Positions 11,510-27,934 are shown, counted from the stretch's first letter. The stretch: DNA of 64,000 nucleotides from Ignavibacteriota bacterium (GCA_003327435.1 QOQV01000005.1:21222-85221); one strand, 5' to 3'. The notes: generated by a model from the sequence alone, not told the origin. Translations and numbers: made by a program.

Positions 11510-12364
11510 TTAATAATTCTTGAGAGCAGCTTTTGCGAGCTGAATCACAAGTTTTTTCAATTCTGGAGGTTCAATAACTTTAACGCCGTACCCACGGCTC
11601 ACAATCCAGGCAGCTATTTCATTCAGCGAATTAACTGTAGTTTCGATAATCATCGAACCATCAGAATTCTCTTTAATTTTTTGACTTTCCATTAATAGAT
11701 TGGGTTTCAGGCGCTCAGCCCATGTTTTTGAAAATCTAATTCTGACATGATATTGTTCCTTACCTATCCAACTCCTGAATGAATTTTTAAACAATTCTGC
11801 TATTTCATCCTGTGACGTTGGGTGAAACTTTTCTGATGTTGGTTTAACAGAATTAATTTTATTTAGAATAAATTGGCGATAAGAGTTTTCATGAATACAG
11901 AGCAAGCGCCAGTAGTTATCAGCTTTAAAGATCAGCAATGGTGATACTAACAAATTCTTTTCTTTTATTAATTCAGTTTTATCATAATCGATTATTATTT
12001 TACATTTTTTTTCGATACAGCGTTGAATAGAAACAATATTTGAGAGTGCTGTATGATTAAGTTTTTTTACAATTAAATTAGTAGCTTTATCTAAGGTAGA
12101 ATTTGTAACACAGAAGCCCAGGTATTGTAAGATAAAATCTTTGATTTTGTGTAATGAAACATTTGATTCAACTACAACACCTTTATTTTTTCTTGAGTGA
12201 ATGTCTACACCATTTTTTCTGAGTTCTGATAGATCTCTTTTTATAGTAATTTCATCACAATTAAATATTTCAGCAAGATCGAATGTATCGAATTTTGAGT
12301 TTGAATTGAGTACAAGACCCAAAATTTCGATTTGTCTTTTAATTTTAATTAAGTCAAGATGCAT
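11510..12364 (-). CDS. HTH-WYL-WCX transcriptional regulator (YafY/PafBC-like)
   Basis: N-terminal HTH (LAEIFNCDEITIKRDLSEL), WYL-like SPLLIFKADNYWRLL and RQFILNKI, WCX-like WIVSRGYGVKVIEPPELK. Confidence 0.88.
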   Translation of the reverse strand: MHLDLIKIKRQIEILGLVLNSNSKFDTFDLAEIFNCDEITIKRDLSELRKNGVDIHSRKNKGVVVESNVSLHKIKDFILQYLGFCVTNSTLDKATNLIVKKLNHTALSNIVSIQRCIEKKCKIIIDYDKTELIKEKNLLVSPLLIFKADNYWRLLCIHENSYRQFILNKINSVKPTSEKFHPTSQDEIAELFKNSFRSWIGKEQYHVRIRFSKTWAERLKPNLLMESQKIKENSDGSMIIETTVNSLNEIAAWIVSRGYGVKVIEPPELKKLVIQLAKAALKNY

Positions 12365-12373
12365 ATTTGTTGT

Positions 12374-12402
12374 AAAATATAAAAAATAATCTATAAAGTC
12401 AA
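12374..12402 (-). promoter_or_regulatory. Putative sigma70 promoter for the WYL gene (near-leaderless)
   Basis: TTGACT-17 nt-TATTTT on the minus strand, ending 9 nt before the ATG at 12364. Confidence 0.5.
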
Positions 12403-12438
12403 TAAAACAAAAAACCCGTTTCTATAGGAAACGGGTTT
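12403..12438 (-). terminator. Intrinsic terminator of the rRNA operon
   Basis: 11-bp perfect stem aaacccgtttc/gaaacgggttt (12412-12438), 5-nt loop, followed by a U-rich tract on the minus strand, just after the 5S 3' end. Confidence 0.85.
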
Positions 12439-12448
12439 AAAAAATTAA

Positions 12449-12565
<117 letters not shown>

Positions 12566-12676
12566 ATATAAAAAATCCAAATGAGAAGAGATTCCAAAAA
12601 TCACAAGGAACAAGCTTATCAAAAGTCTGCTTGAGTATAGTGACAGGTAAGAAAGAAAGGGATCAATAAAAATACT

Positions 12677-15700
<3,024 letters not shown>

Positions 15701-15897
15701 AAAAATCTTTATTGATCCACAGATATTCTAAAACCTATCAGGTCTACATCAAGCAGACTTCTGATAAGTTTTGCTCTTGTGAATAATTTGGACTTTTGAG
15801 GTCTACTCCTTTAATGCTTTTGTTCATCTGGCGGTTTACTTATTCAAGTAAACACAGACAACTACTTGCATTTGGAGTAGATTTTCTCTTCTCATTT

Positions 15898-15908
15898 TTC
15901 AAAGAACA
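15898..15908 (-). promoter_or_regulatory. boxA-like antitermination element before 23S
   Basis: TGTTCTTTGAA; near-identical elements at 16685-16695 and 18456-18466. Confidence 0.5.
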
Positions 15909-15921
15909 CTTCTCACTTTTG

Positions 15922-15994
15922 TGGAGCTAACCGGGATCGAACCGGTAACCTCCTGGTTGCAAACCAGGCGCTCTCCCAATTGAGCTATAGCCCC
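15922..15994 (-). tRNA. tRNA-Ala(TGC), CCA not encoded
   Basis: GGGGCTATAGCTCAATTGGGAGAGCGCCTGGTTTGCAACCAGGAGGTTACCGGTTCGATCCCGGTTAGCTCCA folds as a cloverleaf. Confidence 0.97.
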
Positions 15995-16027
15995 ATAGTT
16001 CAGAGGTTTATCGCACCCCTGATAATG

Positions 16028-16101
16028 TGGGCCTGGGTGGAGTTGAACCACCGACCTCACGCTTATCAGGCGTGCGCTCTCACCACCTGAGCTACAGGCC
16101 C
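16028..16101 (-). tRNA. tRNA-Ile(GAT), CCA not encoded
   Basis: GGGCCTGTAGCTCAGGTGGT...CCTGATAAG...GGTTCAACTCCACCCAGGCCCA cloverleaf. Confidence 0.97.
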
Positions 16102-16108
16102 CCTTTTT

Positions 16109-16677
16109 ACTGCATAGTATCTTCTAATTCGGATTATATGGTTCACAACTACCATCTGGAGCACCATACCACTCACATCTACACTTAGGTTTTGAGCCAT
16201 CTGGACAGGTTATCTCACATGAACCAAACAAACAACTGACTTTACAAGAACCTACCGGAACTTTAGTCTCATCAAATTCTGGAGGAACAAGAGTTTTGAA
16301 AAATTCTAAAATTTCGTCTTTTTGTTTTCTGCTTAATTTCTCTAATATTTCACCAACTCGTTTATTGTAAATTACATACTTATCATAATCATTCTCTTTC
16401 ATAGCAACAAATGCAATCACATATGCATTCTTTATACTATCCTTTATCAATTTGAATGATTCCTGCTGATCAAGAAACTTTATAAAATTATTAAAATTCT
16501 CTTCCTGTTGCTTCGAAACTGTCAATCTCACATTCTCAGGTTTAATACTCTGTATTGTTTGACCAATGACCGAGCAACTCATAAAGCATATAATCGATGG
16601 AATAATTATAAAAATTAATCTCATATTAAGTGTCTTGTAGTTTATTTTTCACTCTCCGGTTATATTACCTATGCAGT
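16109..16677. repeat. Inverted repeat bracketing the ITS-embedded ORF
   Basis: actgcatag (16109-16117) and ctatgcagt (16669-16677) are perfect 9-bp reverse complements, extendable by a few pairs on each side with one mismatch or bulge. Confidence 0.7.
16124..16624 (-). CDS. Putative lipoprotein with Cys-rich C-terminus, inside the rRNA internal transcribed spacer
   Basis: 501-bp ATG-TAG ORF in AT-rich DNA; hydrophobic signal peptide ending FMSC (lipobox-like); seven clustered Cys at the C-terminus. Confidence 0.8.
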   Translation of the reverse strand: MRLIFIIIPSIICFMSCSVIGQTIQSIKPENVRLTVSKQQEENFNNFIKFLDQQESFKLIKDSIKNAYVIAFVAMKENDYDKYVIYNKRVGEILEKLSRKQKDEILEFFKTLVPPEFDETKVPVGSCKVSCLFGSCEITCPDGSKPKCRCEWYGAPDGSCEPYNPN

Positions 16678-16796
16678 GAATTATTTAAAAGAACAAATTA
16701 AAAAACTTTTTTATAAGATATAGTGTGTATGCCGCAAACCGAATTTGCTTTGAGGTTCTCGAAGTTGTCATTTCAAACTTACGTTTGAGTATGACT

Positions 16797-18366
<1,570 letters not shown>

Positions 18367-18489
18367 AAAGTTTAAACTCTATAACTTCGAGCCTGATCTC
18401 TTGTTTTTTCAGGTTGATCCTCAAAAACAAATTGATCTTTGGCCATACACACTATTTCAAAGAACTTTCATTTTTAATTTCGGGCTTAT

Positions 18490-18518
18490 AATATACAAAC
18501 TTTTTTGGTTGAAGTCAA
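18490..18518 (-). promoter_or_regulatory. rRNA operon sigma70 promoter
   Basis: TTGACT-17 nt-TATATT, followed by a GC-rich stretch (agcccg), about 125 nt upstream of 16S. Confidence 0.75.
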
Positions 18519-18627
18519 GTCTGTGAACTTAAATTCATCCAAGTCGCTGTTTATTATAGGGTTTCAATTATAATACTTTTTTCTGAAAAAAACAAATTTC
18601 TAAAAATTAAAAATAAAACAACCTATT

Positions 18628-18656
18628 TTGGATTAATTTCACATTTTATATATATT
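18628..18656 (+). promoter_or_regulatory. Putative sigma70 promoter for tpl-abgT
   Basis: TTGGAT-17 nt-TATATT, 27 nt before the ATG; same -10 hexamer as the rrn promoter. Confidence 0.5.
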
Positions 18657-18677
18657 TCGAAAAAAAACAAAATTTAA

Positions 18678-21604
<2,927 letters not shown>

Positions 21605-21608
21605 TACA

Positions 21609-22076
21609 ATGGAAAATATTATAATTCGTAAAGCAACTTTAAATGACATCGAATCAATTGCTGAATTTAATTATAATTTAGCTTTAGAGACTGAAAATAA
21701 AACATTAAACAGACAAATTCTAACCAAAGGTGTCGAGAGTATTTTAATAGACGACAACAAGGGCTTTTATGTACTCGCATTATTAAACAACAAAGTGATC
21801 GGACAATTGATGATAACATATGAATGGAGTGACTGGAGAAATGCAAATTTCTGGTGGATTCAAAGTGTGTATGTTGTACCTGAATATAGAAATTCTGGAG
21901 TATTCAAAACCTTATTTGAATATATAAAAAAACTTGCTGAAGAACATAAAGATGTATGTGGTTTAAGATTATACACTGAGCAAAACAATACAAACGCAAT
22001 CATTGCTTATAAAAAATTAGGAATGTATCAATCAAATTATTTAATGTTTGAACTGGAATTTAATAACAAAGATTAG
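21609..22076 (+). CDS. GNAT family N-acetyltransferase
   Basis: IRKAT, TYEWSDWRN..WWIQSVYV.PEYR..GVF, LRLY...N..A...Y.KLGM; ATG 21609 preferred over TTG 21567. Confidence 0.9.
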   Translation: MENIIIRKATLNDIESIAEFNYNLALETENKTLNRQILTKGVESILIDDNKGFYVLALLNNKVIGQLMITYEWSDWRNANFWWIQSVYVVPEYRNSGVFKTLFEYIKKLAEEHKDVCGLRLYTEQNNTNAIIAYKKLGMYQSNYLMFELEFNNKD

Positions 22077-22543
22077 AGTATTTCTGGATTAACTAAAAAT
22101 TGTAATGTTGCATTCTTTGGATCAAAATTTTTATTAACTTCAATACAAACCAGCGTTGATTTATTAATTCTCAAAGTATAGTTCCTACCAAAAATTAAAA
22201 TACTTACTAAGCTACCAATAAGTGGTTGATGAGTTACTAATAATACTGAACTATAATCAATTTGTGATAAATAACTTAACACCTCATCAGGTTTGCTCTC
22301 GGGTAATAATAAATCTAACTCCACAATATCATCATTAAAATTAATTTCCTTACCTATAATCATAGCTGATTGGTATGCTCTGAATAACGGACTTGAATAA
22401 ATTTTATCAATCAGAACATTTCCTTTTTTTAAAAACTCCCCAATTTTTCTAATTTCCTTTATTCCATTATCACTTAAAGGTCTTGTTCGATCGCTTTCGT
22501 AGCGCTCTACTGCTTCTCCATGTCTTAATAAATAAATTTTCAT
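22073..22543 (-). CDS. sixA: Phosphohistidine phosphatase SixA
   Basis: YLLRHGEA, RPLS..G, SSPLFRAYQSA, LLVTHQP. Confidence 0.88.
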   Translation of the reverse strand: MKIYLLRHGEAVERYESDRTRPLSDNGIKEIRKIGEFLKKGNVLIDKIYSSPLFRAYQSAMIIGKEINFNDDIVELDLLLPESKPDEVLSYLSQIDYSSVLLVTHQPLIGSLVSILIFGRNYTLRINKSTLVCIEVNKNFDPKNATLQFLVNPEIL

Positions 22544-22548
22544 ATACC

Positions 22549-23601
22549 CTATTTTTTAATTTTGCTTAAAATACTTCCATCGGGCAATGGTTCTGTCTCA
22601 CCATTTTCTCTTATAAAATTAACTCCTTTTGAACTTTCGACAATTCTACCCAATATTGTAACATCAGGGGTCAAATTTTCGAGTATTTCATATTCAGCAT
22701 CATTTAGAGTAAAAAGCATTTCATATTCTTCGCCGCCAAATAATGCATAATCTATTACATTTTCTGAAAATTCATCTGCAATTTTCTGGGTTATGTTAGC
22801 AATAGGAATATTGTGTTCCCAGATTTCTACACCGACATTACTTTCTCTACAAATTTTATGAACATCGGATGCAAGTCCATCACTAACATCTATCATAGAA
22901 TTTATCTGAACATTATTAACAATTAAATTTAATATGTCGGTTCTTGGTCGTGGCATAAGATATTTTTCAATTGCAGCTTTATATGGTTCAAGATTTGGTT
23001 TAAAGTTCTCTCTTTTTTCGAGGTAACTTTTTTTCTCTCTTTGTAAAATTCTCAATCCAGCATGTGATGCACCAAGATGTCCGCTTACACAAATCAAATC
23101 TTTGACTTTGGCTCCGCTACGGTAATAAATTTTTTCGGGATTAGCAATTCCGTATGAGGAAACAGAAACTACAAAATTACCTGCAGTTGCAACCGAATCC
23201 CCACCAATTATTTTGCATCCATAATGTGTACAAGCTTGATTAGCACCTTTATAAAATTCCTCAATCATTTCAATAGAAATTTTCTGAGGGATACAAATAT
23301 TAATTAGGAGATACATAGGGGTTCCCCCCATTGCTAAAATGTCGCTAATTGTCGCAACAACTACTTTCCAACCAAGATGTCCCAGCGAAGTAAATGTTAA
23401 ATCAAAATGAACCCCTTCAACAAAACTATCGCTTGTTAAAAGTTGAACTTTGCCAGGTATAATTTTAAAAACAGCTGAATCATCGGAGATCCCTTTAATC
23501 AAATTATCATTAATTTCCTCCGATATAAATTCAGAATCAATAAGGTTTTTAATTCTTTTTATTAAACCCTCTTCGCCAATATTTTGGATTGGTGTGTGCA
23601 A
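22549..23601 (-). CDS. thiL: Thiamine-monophosphate kinase (C-terminus possibly frameshifted)
   Basis: GEEGLI, GISDDSAV, DSFVEGVHF, SDILAMGG, IGGDS, IDVSDGLASD, GGEEYE. Confidence 0.92.
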   Translation of the reverse strand: MHTPIQNIGEEGLIKRIKNLIDSEFISEEINDNLIKGISDDSAVFKIIPGKVQLLTSDSFVEGVHFDLTFTSLGHLGWKVVVATISDILAMGGTPMYLLINICIPQKISIEMIEEFYKGANQACTHYGCKIIGGDSVATAGNFVVSVSSYGIANPEKIYYRSGAKVKDLICVSGHLGASHAGLRILQREKKSYLEKRENFKPNLEPYKAAIEKYLMPRPRTDILNLIVNNVQINSMIDVSDGLASDVHKICRESNVGVEIWEHNIPIANITQKIADEFSENVIDYALFGGEEYEMLFTLNDAEYEILENLTPDVTILGRIVESSKGVNFIRENGETEPLPDGSILSKIKK

Positions 23602-23603
23602 TA

Positions 23604-24164
23604 TTATTTAATGATTTCTTCTATTTGTGAAATAAAGAACTCTTTTGTTCTAATTCCTAAAAACTTTCTTACCACATTTCTCTTTTCATCAATTAGAAAT
23701 GTTGTTGGCAAACCGCGAACATTACCATATGCTTCTGCCAGTTTCCCATTATCGATTACAATTGGATAATCAATGTTATTCTCCCTAACAAATTCATCAA
23801 CATCTGAAATTACATTTGCACCTTTATCGGTTGAAACACCTATTACCTTAACACCTTTGGGAGCCATTTCTCTGTTTATTGCGATTAAATCTGGAATTTC
23901 TCTTCTGCAAGGACTGCACCAGGTAGCCCAAAAATTCACAATTGTAATTTTATTATGAACATTATCAAACGCTTGTAACCTTCCAGAAGAATCTTTCCAA
24001 TAAAAATTCGGAGCCAATCCTTCTCTGACCTCAATTGAATCTATGAAAGATATCTTAAATTTTGTAACATTGCTTTCATTTTTCTTCTCTTCTTGCTTTT
24101 CTTTTTGAGTACAAGCCGATAAAGCAAATAATATTAAAACAAATGAAATAATATTTTTTAACAT
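23604..24164 (-). CDS. TlpA/ResA-like thiol-disulfide oxidoreductase lipoprotein
   Basis: Lipobox LSAC; VNFWATWCSPCRREIPDL; GLPTTFLID. Confidence 0.92.
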   Translation of the reverse strand: MLKNIISFVLILFALSACTQKEKQEEKKNESNVTKFKISFIDSIEVREGLAPNFYWKDSSGRLQAFDNVHNKITIVNFWATWCSPCRREIPDLIAINREMAPKGVKVIGVSTDKGANVISDVDEFVRENNIDYPIVIDNGKLAEAYGNVRGLPTTFLIDEKRNVVRKFLGIRTKEFFISQIEEIIK

Positions 24165-24168
24165 TATG

Positions 24169-24984
24169 TTATCTCCTTTCAGGCAAATGTGAAAGTAATG
24201 TGTTTGTATCCATTTCCGCTGTAATTACATAAAGTTGACTATTATTAAGCCATAAAATAACAGAGCAACATTCAAAATCCTTATGAATATATTTACCACT
24301 TTCTTTCAATTTTTCAACAATCTTATGCTCTAAATATAATTGAGTATCTTTAAGTAAATCATTAAAATTAATCTGGGAACAGTAAATGAGTTCATCCTTG
24401 TCTTTATAAAGAGTATGAATAATTTTCTTTCCATATTCCTCTGTTGTCCAGCCACCAATTAACTCACAATTATTTAGATGTGGTATGGAAATATTCCCAT
24501 CATAATTCTCTTGTAATTTCGTTTCTAAAAATGCCGGGTTTGATGTTTCCACAGCGATTTCCTGATTCCCTGCCAGTATTTCATCAAAATGGGTATAATT
24601 AACTCTGATTAAGTTATTTTCTGATAGGTTTTTTACGAGATGATTATGTTCGGATTTTGAGGAAAAAATCAATATCACTATAATAATTGAAATTGGTAAA
24701 ATTAAATACCAATACATTTTTTTCGGATTTAAAAAAGGAATATTAAAAATACTTTGAGATTTAAAATTATTTATCTGGAAGACAATTTTTTCTTTTAGAC
24801 TGTCCGGGGGATAAACTGGATGACACACAGAACTTACGAAGCTCTTAGTAACTCGTTCAAGTTCATATTCTCTTTTACATCTCGGACAAACTTTTAAGTG
24901 TTCGTTAAATATTAATTTTTCATTTTCATTAAGTTGATTGTCGACGGCAGAACTTATAAGTTCTAAAAAATCCTTACATTTCAC
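24169..24984 (-). CDS. Membrane-anchored zf-HC2 (ZAS) anti-sigma factor
   Basis: MKCKD...HLKVCPRC (HxxxCxxC), one transmembrane segment, directly downstream of an ECF sigma. Confidence 0.88.
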   Translation of the reverse strand: MKCKDFLELISSAVDNQLNENEKLIFNEHLKVCPRCKREYELERVTKSFVSSVCHPVYPPDSLKEKIVFQINNFKSQSIFNIPFLNPKKMYWYLILPISIIIVILIFSSKSEHNHLVKNLSENNLIRVNYTHFDEILAGNQEIAVETSNPAFLETKLQENYDGNISIPHLNNCELIGGWTTEEYGKKIIHTLYKDKDELIYCSQINFNDLLKDTQLYLEHKIVEKLKESGKYIHKDFECCSVILWLNNSQLYVITAEMDTNTLLSHLPERR

Positions 24985-25037
24985 TTTTTACCTATATATT
25001 GTGTAACAAATTGACAATAAAAATTCCTTTCTAAAAT

Positions 25038-25616
25038 TTATTTAATTATACCTTTTTTCTTTGCGTATTCAACAAGTTTTGATTGCAGCATTTTTCGTGC
25101 TCGATGCAGGCGCGAGCGGACGGTACCAATTGGTATGTCTAAGAACTCGGCAATCTCTTCGTAGGTAAAACCTTCAATATCACATAGAATGATCACAGTT
25201 TTAAAATCTATTGGTAACTCATCAATAGCTCTTTGAACCTCATCTTCAAACAGATTACTGAAGATTTTTTTTGCGAGATCGTCTTCTGTTGCTATTTCTG
25301 TTTGGGATGATGTAAAAAATTCTTCTATCTCATCGAAATCAACAACTTCTGGTTCCTTTGAATCTTTCCTGTACTTGTTTATATAAGAATTTTTCATTAT
25401 ACGAAACAACCATGCCCTGATATTGGTTCCTTTTTCGTAGCTATCCCAGAACCGGTACGCTTTAAGAAATGTATCCTGAAGCAGGTCGTCGGCATCATCA
25501 GCATTACCCGTAAGATGGCGTGCAAAATTGTATAGCAAATTCATGTTTGGAATTGCTTCATCCAAAAATTCTTTTTGCTTTTTATCCTGCTGTGCTTTAC
25601 GGGATAAAAATTTCAT
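25038..25616 (-). CDS. ECF sigma factor (SigR/SigH-like)
   Basis: DADDLLQDTFLKAYRFW, GTNIRAWLFRIMKNSYIN, FTYEEIAEFLDIPIGTVRSRLHRAR. Confidence 0.95.
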   Translation of the reverse strand: MKFLSRKAQQDKKQKEFLDEAIPNMNLLYNFARHLTGNADDADDLLQDTFLKAYRFWDSYEKGTNIRAWLFRIMKNSYINKYRKDSKEPEVVDFDEIEEFFTSSQTEIATEDDLAKKIFSNLFEDEVQRAIDELPIDFKTVIILCDIEGFTYEEIAEFLDIPIGTVRSRLHRARKMLQSKLVEYAKKKGIIK

Positions 25617-25766
25617 TAAAACTCCACATATATCAATATTTCATTCATTTCAAATTAACAATTTAAATGTAATTATACAAAAATCGTGATTGAACACAAA
25701 ATTTGATTTTATTTATCATTTTGATTATTTTCAGAATAAGAAAAATGTATAATTAAAGGAATTTAT

Positions 25767-27398
25767 ATGGTATCGGAAAAAAAGGGGAATCCCTTAGAAA
25801 ATTTTGTACTTTTCCATAATGTCCCAAATGAATTAATCAATAAACTAGATATTCAACTGAAAGAATCTTTCTTCGAAAAAGATAGCACGATCTTCAAAGA
25901 AGGTAGCGAAGGGGATAATTTATACCTTATCAAATCCGGTTCAGTTAAATTATCAAAAAGCACAAAACAATCCATAGATTCCGTTATAGGAATTCTGCAC
26001 GAAGGTGATTTTTTCGGAGAATTAGAACTCATTGACGGATTACCCAGATCAGCAACAGCTGTTGCTACAACCGATTCACACCTTTTGATGATTTCCAAAT
26101 CAGATTTTTATAAACTACTGTCTAATTCAATTGAGTTAGTTGAAAATGTTTTAAAAACTCTCTCTATAAGATTGAGATCCATTAACGAAACCTTTGTAAT
26201 GGAATTTCAAAGATACATTGAATCAGTAAACTCAAAAATAGAAAAATTCAATCAACTGATAGAAGCTACAAAAGTTGTTAATTCCTCACTTGATTTAGAT
26301 GAGATCCTGTCGACAGTGTTATCTAATGCAGTGGTTGCCACAAATGCAGATAGAGGAACAGTTTACTTAATTGATGAGGATAAACAAGAACTCTGGTCAA
26401 AAGTAATTCAGGGCGAGAAAACAATTGAAATTAGAATGCCAATAGGTAAAGGAATCGCCGGACAGGTCGCGATTACTGGGGAAACTGTTAACATATCAGA
26501 TCCATATAATAACCCAATGTTTAATCCAGAAATTGACAAACTAACTGGTTACGAAACAAAATCAATTCTCTGTATGCCTCTAAAAAACCGAGAGGGAAAA
26601 ATAATTGGAGTTTTTCAGTTATTAAATAAACATAAGGGTTCTTTCAATCAAGAAGATGAAAATTTTATTAGCGCTTTTTCGATTCATGCTGCAATTGCAA
26701 TTGAAAACGCAAAATTAGTTGAGAATATGTTGATTAACGAACGCCTCGCCACAGTTGGTAAAATGGCAAGTACCATCATTCATGACATCAAGAATCCTTT
26801 ATCCACAATGAGATTATATACACAGGTCCTGAGAAATAAAGTTGGAACCGAAGAAACAACCAAAATGGCGGACGAGATCATCAGACAGATCGACCGTTTT
26901 ATTTCGATGACACAGGAAATTTTGGATTTCGCAAGAGGTGAACAAATAACAAATATTCAAGAGGTTAAGATTGATGAATATTTCGATCAACTTTTAAACT
27001 ACATTGAAAAGGATTATCAGAACAGAAATATTGTTCTTACAAGAAACATTCAGTACAAAGGAACTATTAAATTTGATCCGGACAGAATATCCAGAGTAAT
27101 GTATAATTTAGCAGGTAATGCAGCCGATGCAATGCCACAAGGCGGAAAAGTTGATATCAATGTATTTCAAGATGATAATTTCTTGAAAATCGAGTTTGTT
27201 GATACAGGTAAAGGTATTCCAGCAGATATTAAAAATAAATTGTTTACACCCTTTTTTACATACGGTAAGAAACACGGTACAGGACTTGGTTTAGCAATTG
27301 TTAAAAAAATTATCGATGAACACAAAGGTACAATAAATTTAGAAAGTGAATTAGATAAAGGCACAAAAATTACTATAAGATTGCCTATTATCGCATGA
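25767..27398 (+). CDS. Cytoplasmic sensor histidine kinase (cNMP-binding + GAF + HisKA + HATPase)
   Basis: FFGELELIDGLPRSATA (cNMP); GIAGQVA...LLNKHKGSFNQEDE (GAF); IIHDIKNPL, N/G1/F/G2 boxes. Confidence 0.93.
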   Translation: MVSEKKGNPLENFVLFHNVPNELINKLDIQLKESFFEKDSTIFKEGSEGDNLYLIKSGSVKLSKSTKQSIDSVIGILHEGDFFGELELIDGLPRSATAVATTDSHLLMISKSDFYKLLSNSIELVENVLKTLSIRLRSINETFVMEFQRYIESVNSKIEKFNQLIEATKVVNSSLDLDEILSTVLSNAVVATNADRGTVYLIDEDKQELWSKVIQGEKTIEIRMPIGKGIAGQVAITGETVNISDPYNNPMFNPEIDKLTGYETKSILCMPLKNREGKIIGVFQLLNKHKGSFNQEDENFISAFSIHAAIAIENAKLVENMLINERLATVGKMASTIIHDIKNPLSTMRLYTQVLRNKVGTEETTKMADEIIRQIDRFISMTQEILDFARGEQITNIQEVKIDEYFDQLLNYIEKDYQNRNIVLTRNIQYKGTIKFDPDRISRVMYNLAGNAADAMPQGGKVDINVFQDDNFLKIEFVDTGKGIPADIKNKLFTPFFTYGKKHGTGLGLAIVKKIIDEHKGTINLESELDKGTKITIRLPIIA

Positions 27399-27934
27399 AG
27401 ATAAATATTGACAAAAAAATAATAGAAATTATTCAGGGCGATATTACAGAACAGGATACCGAAGCAATAGTCAACGCAGCTAACAATCACCTCTGGATGG
27501 GCAGCGGTGTAGCAGGTGCAATTAAACGCAAGGGAGGTCAGGAGATTGAAACAGAAGCTATGATGCATGGTCCTATAGAAGTCGGTTCAGCTGTAATCAC
27601 TTCAGCTGGAAAACTTAAAGCAAAATATGTAATCCATGCTGCCGGGATGGGACAGGATTTAAAAACAGATGCTGAAAAAGTAAAAAATGCAACTCGAAAT
27701 TCACTTTTGCTTGCCGAAGAAAAAAACATAAACTCTATAAGCTTTCCAGCAATCGGAACGGGTGTTGGTGGTTTCTCAATCTACGAATGCGCTAAAGTTA
27801 TGCTCGAAGTCGTGATCGATTTCTTACAAAAAGCTCAAAAAATTAAATTAGTCCGCTTTGTGTTGTTTGAAAAGGAAATTTATGAGGCTTTCGAAAATGA
27901 ATTGAAATTACAATTTTCTTCCAAAAGACATTAA
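27395..27934 (+). CDS. Macro domain protein (ADP-ribose binding/hydrolase, YmdB/MacroD-like)
   Basis: GDIT, AIVNAAN, GSGVAGAI, VIHA, SFPAIGTGVGG. Confidence 0.93.
   Translation: MKINIDKKIIEIIQGDITEQDTEAIVNAANNHLWMGSGVAGAIKRKGGQEIETEAMMHGPIEVGSAVITSAGKLKAKYVIHAAGMGQDLKTDAEKVKNATRNSLLLAEEKNINSISFPAIGTGVGGFSIYECAKVMLEVVIDFLQKAQKIKLVRFVLFEKEIYEAFENELKLQFSSKRH

Noticed and set aside
11510-12364. WYL gene as marker of an anti-phage defence island
   Set aside because: No nuclease, methylase, ATPase or other defence gene is recognisable nearby.
25004-25027. GGAAT-N15-GTTA between the ECF sigma and its anti-sigma as a SigR/SigH-type promoter
   Set aside because: Spacer is shorter than the usual GGAAT-N18-GTT and no second copy was found to support it.
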